NCBI GenBank assembly: GCA_045837725.1 | Contig: JBEWZL010000216.1 | Location: 1-64,000 of the forward strand | Direction: 5' to 3' | Length of the DNA stretch: 64,000 bases | Source: Vermamoeba vermiformis | Taxonomy: Eukaryota | In this document: piece by piece, positions 61,209 through 64,000 of the stretch | Layout: every line of letters starts with the position of its first letter | Numbering within the stretch: position 1 is the stretch's first letter | Made by a program: the position numbers and the translations under genes | Notes under the pieces: model-generated | Seen by the model: the letters and a program-made list of their open reading frames with translations, nothing else | The model's database searches: none | What the model was told of the DNA's origin: nothing

Positions 61209-64000
61209 ATGGCACTCTTTGTTCGGTTTGCATTGCTGGCGCTGGCTCTCATTGCGGTTTTGCCTTTGGATGTTGTCGGTGAGTCCTCCGCTTTCTCACT
61301 ATCATCTATAATATTCGTAGCTAGTGACTTCTGAAAGTTTGAGAGTTACAACTTGCTCTTTTCAGATGTGTTTTTTGTGAATTTCTAAATATTAATATTA
61401 CATTTGTTTAATTCAATCATTCGTGTAGGACAAACTTTCTCAGTTGCAAGTCGCATTGACACTATTGGGGGCACAATATCTAACCAGATTGTGTCGAGCT
61501 TGGCACTCAACACATCTGACGTTATAGTTACTCTCGCTGCCAGGATTGATACGTTCACTTCAGTGCGTTCTTTTTGGTACAGGAATACGCGCAATGGAGA
61601 TTTGAAGAGTTTTACTACGTCTTTGGTGGCAACGAAAAACTTGACGTTTATGGAAAGTTACTACCTAGTAGTGAAACAAGAAAAAAACAACGATTACGTG
61701 GTGCAAGTTTTCTTGAATCCGCTCGTAACAGCGCAGTTTATCAGCTTATCAAATCCCTCTCTCGTCATACCAAGTATCACTGTTGCCCTGGACCAGTACG
61801 CCTTCGACAGATACATGGACGTTTTAGTGCATTCAGACGGTGCCTTCTCGCTCGTGTTTGGTGCAATTGTAGCTACTAGCACCTGCGTCTATCACACCAG
61901 ATTCACTGTCTCAACGAACGGAACTACACCGCAACAACTCTTTTGCGGGTCTAGCACTAGTTCTTCTACAAACTTGGAGGCATGGATTGACCCAACTGAC
62001 TCGAGCATTTTCTACATTGTAGCGGCCAACACGAGCAATTCTTTCTATACTTACAAGTGCATCAATGCGTTGCAACCAGGGTCAGTCTCGTGCACAAGCA
62101 TCTCACTGGCAACTTTATCAACACAAATTTCAATATCAACCGGCAGACGCGCCTTGAACAGCAATGCCTTTTTCTACTTGGGTACGAGCGATGGAAACGA
62201 CATTCAAGTCATTGTTGTGGACTTCGTGGCGGGAGTATCCAGCATAGTCAAAGTTCCGTTAGCTACAACGAGTCGTAGGAATGTTGCCTTGGTCGACTCG
62301 ACAATCCCAAACGCAGTAACTCTGGTGGCTTTTGATACCACTATTCCGGGCATTCGAGTGTTTGATATACTGTGGAACTCAACATCCAAGCAAGTCTGGT
62401 ACGCCGCAGTCGCCAACTTGACAAAAGGAAACAACTTCGACCTAACAGCGAGCGATATCATACCAGCGAGCAGCAACGGCCCTTCAATTTTCAGCATTTC
62501 TTCAGTCGAAGTAAGTTCGTCACGAATCAGTACTCAGTTCTATGGTCGTTTGTATTGCGGTGATGGTCTCGTGTTTACGGCGGTCACGGTACCAGAACAA
62601 TGTGATTCAGTGCAGTATTGTGACACTACCACCTGCCAATGCCCGAACGGCTCGCCTGGTACCAACGTATGCAATGCACCACCTCCTCCAGGAACACCAA
62701 TTGCACCGCCAGTAGCTGCCCCAGTCTCACCACCAGTTGACGTACCGGTCGCTCCAGTAGCTCCTCCAATGGACGTTCCTGTGTCAACTCCAACGCCCGT
62801 TTCTGCGCCAATTGATGCTCCTGTAACGGTACCCAATGCAAGTCCTGTGTCATCTCCGGCTACCTCTCCTGTGACTGCACAAGATCCCGTGCCAATCACT
62901 ACTCCAGCAGAGGCTGGCAACAGTACGGACAACATCAGTGACGGTCCTGTTAGCTCAGCGGGTGCATCAATTACAACAATCGTCCCTGCTGTCGTTGTAC
63001 CAGTCGCAGTTGCATCGGCAGGCGTTGCAGTACTTGTTGTGTTGCTCCAACGAAGAAAGAAGAAGAAGCAAGCAGAGAAGACATCAGCTTCATCGAGTGA
63101 CGAAGCCTCAGAGCCGCAGAGCGAACGAGTCAAGCTCGAGCCCGTCAATGTAAGTCTACTTAATTAACTTGAAGCTCCTTTGGCTAATGTAATACTCTGT
63201 AGTACTTTGCAGTGCCCACACCATCACCAGAGCTCGGAAAAGACTCAAACACCTCAGCAGGATCGATGGGCTCGAATGCATCGCTCGTGTCAACAGGCTC
63301 TAACACCACCATTCACAATCCTCTTGGTGAGCCGTTATCTGACACAATGTCAGCACTCAACACCACCAATCGATCACGCACAACAGATGATCGCATGGAC
63401 ATTCCTTACTCGGAACTCAAGTTCATCAAAGAGATTGGTGCTGGTGCATTTGGCAAAGTGTTTCTCGGTGAATGGCAAAAGACACGTGTTGCGATGAAGA
63501 TCAGCAGTATTTCATCATCAGATGAGTTCATTCGTGAAGCTGAGTTGTTGATGTAAGTCACGCGAGTACGGCAGTCACTCAGATTAATATTTTCTCCAAG
63601 CAATCTCCGTCCTCATCCAAACGTGGTTCAAATTCTCGGCATATCCGCTGACGGAGTGAATGTCGTGATGATCATGGAGTTCTGTGACGGTGGAAGTCTC
63701 GACAGTCTCGTGTTCAAGAAGAATCCACCAATGAGTGAGAAGATTCATTTGTTGTCAGGCATTGCCAAAGGAATCTATCACTTGCACAAGAACAAGATCG
63801 TTCATCGTGATCTTGCTGCACGAAATGTCTTGGTACGTAATAAAACGGTTCTTTTGTACGTACTAATTCTTTGTAGCTGTCGCGTGGTGAGCCAAAAATA
63901 TCGGTAAGTTTATTTCAGCGTTAATAATGTCATCGTTAATACTAACTTCAATCATTTAAGGACTTTGGTATGTCACGTAAACTTCAAGAAGCCACTGCAC
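61209..64000 (+). CDS. Receptor-type TKL kinase (runs off the window end)
   Basis: Signal peptide MALFVRFALLALALIAVL; large ectodomain ending in a CGDG...EQCD...CQC Cys module and a Pro/Thr/Ser stalk; TM IVPAVVVPVAVASAGVAVLVVLL-QRRKKKK; IGAGAFGKV, VAMK, HRDLAARN, DFG. Confidence 0.92.

Overview
Eukaryotic, gene-dense DNA with many short (about 40-60 nt) GT-AG introns. The expanded single-pass receptor TKL kinases and F-box arrays suggest an amoeboid protist (inference). Positions 1-5.6 kb are a CpG-poor repeat block: a G-rich satellite, dispersed palindromes and a possible transposase relic. The main finding is a ~7.2-kb DNA transposon (about 10290-17470) sitting inside what would otherwise be a ~41-nt intron of a receptor kinase gene. 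It has 22-bp imperfect inverted repeats and two spliced genes. One encodes a >=1397-aa polyprotein: homeodomain + Ulp1/SENP (C48) protease + Sola1-like DDD transposase + two chromodomains, broken by a single in-frame TGA that probably derives from CGA. The other encodes a 404-aa orphan protein with a 22 x 21-bp minisatellite in one intron, and a 51-bp-stem hairpin lies just upstream of it. The element is strongly CpG-depleted relative to host genes, implying TE-targeted 5mC. The rest of the window holds BRI3-like, SnoaL/DUF4440, F-box, FtsJ-like methyltransferase, ABCF3, half-size ABCB and alpha/beta-hydrolase genes, a five-copy F-box array with a recent duplication, two FAD monooxygenases, a SAP-WGR PARP, a 2OG-Fe(II) oxygenase, a C-terminal-F-box protein, a Cid1/TUTase-like nucleotidyltransferase and further receptor kinases. 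Exon boundaries were reconstructed by eye and no database search was run.
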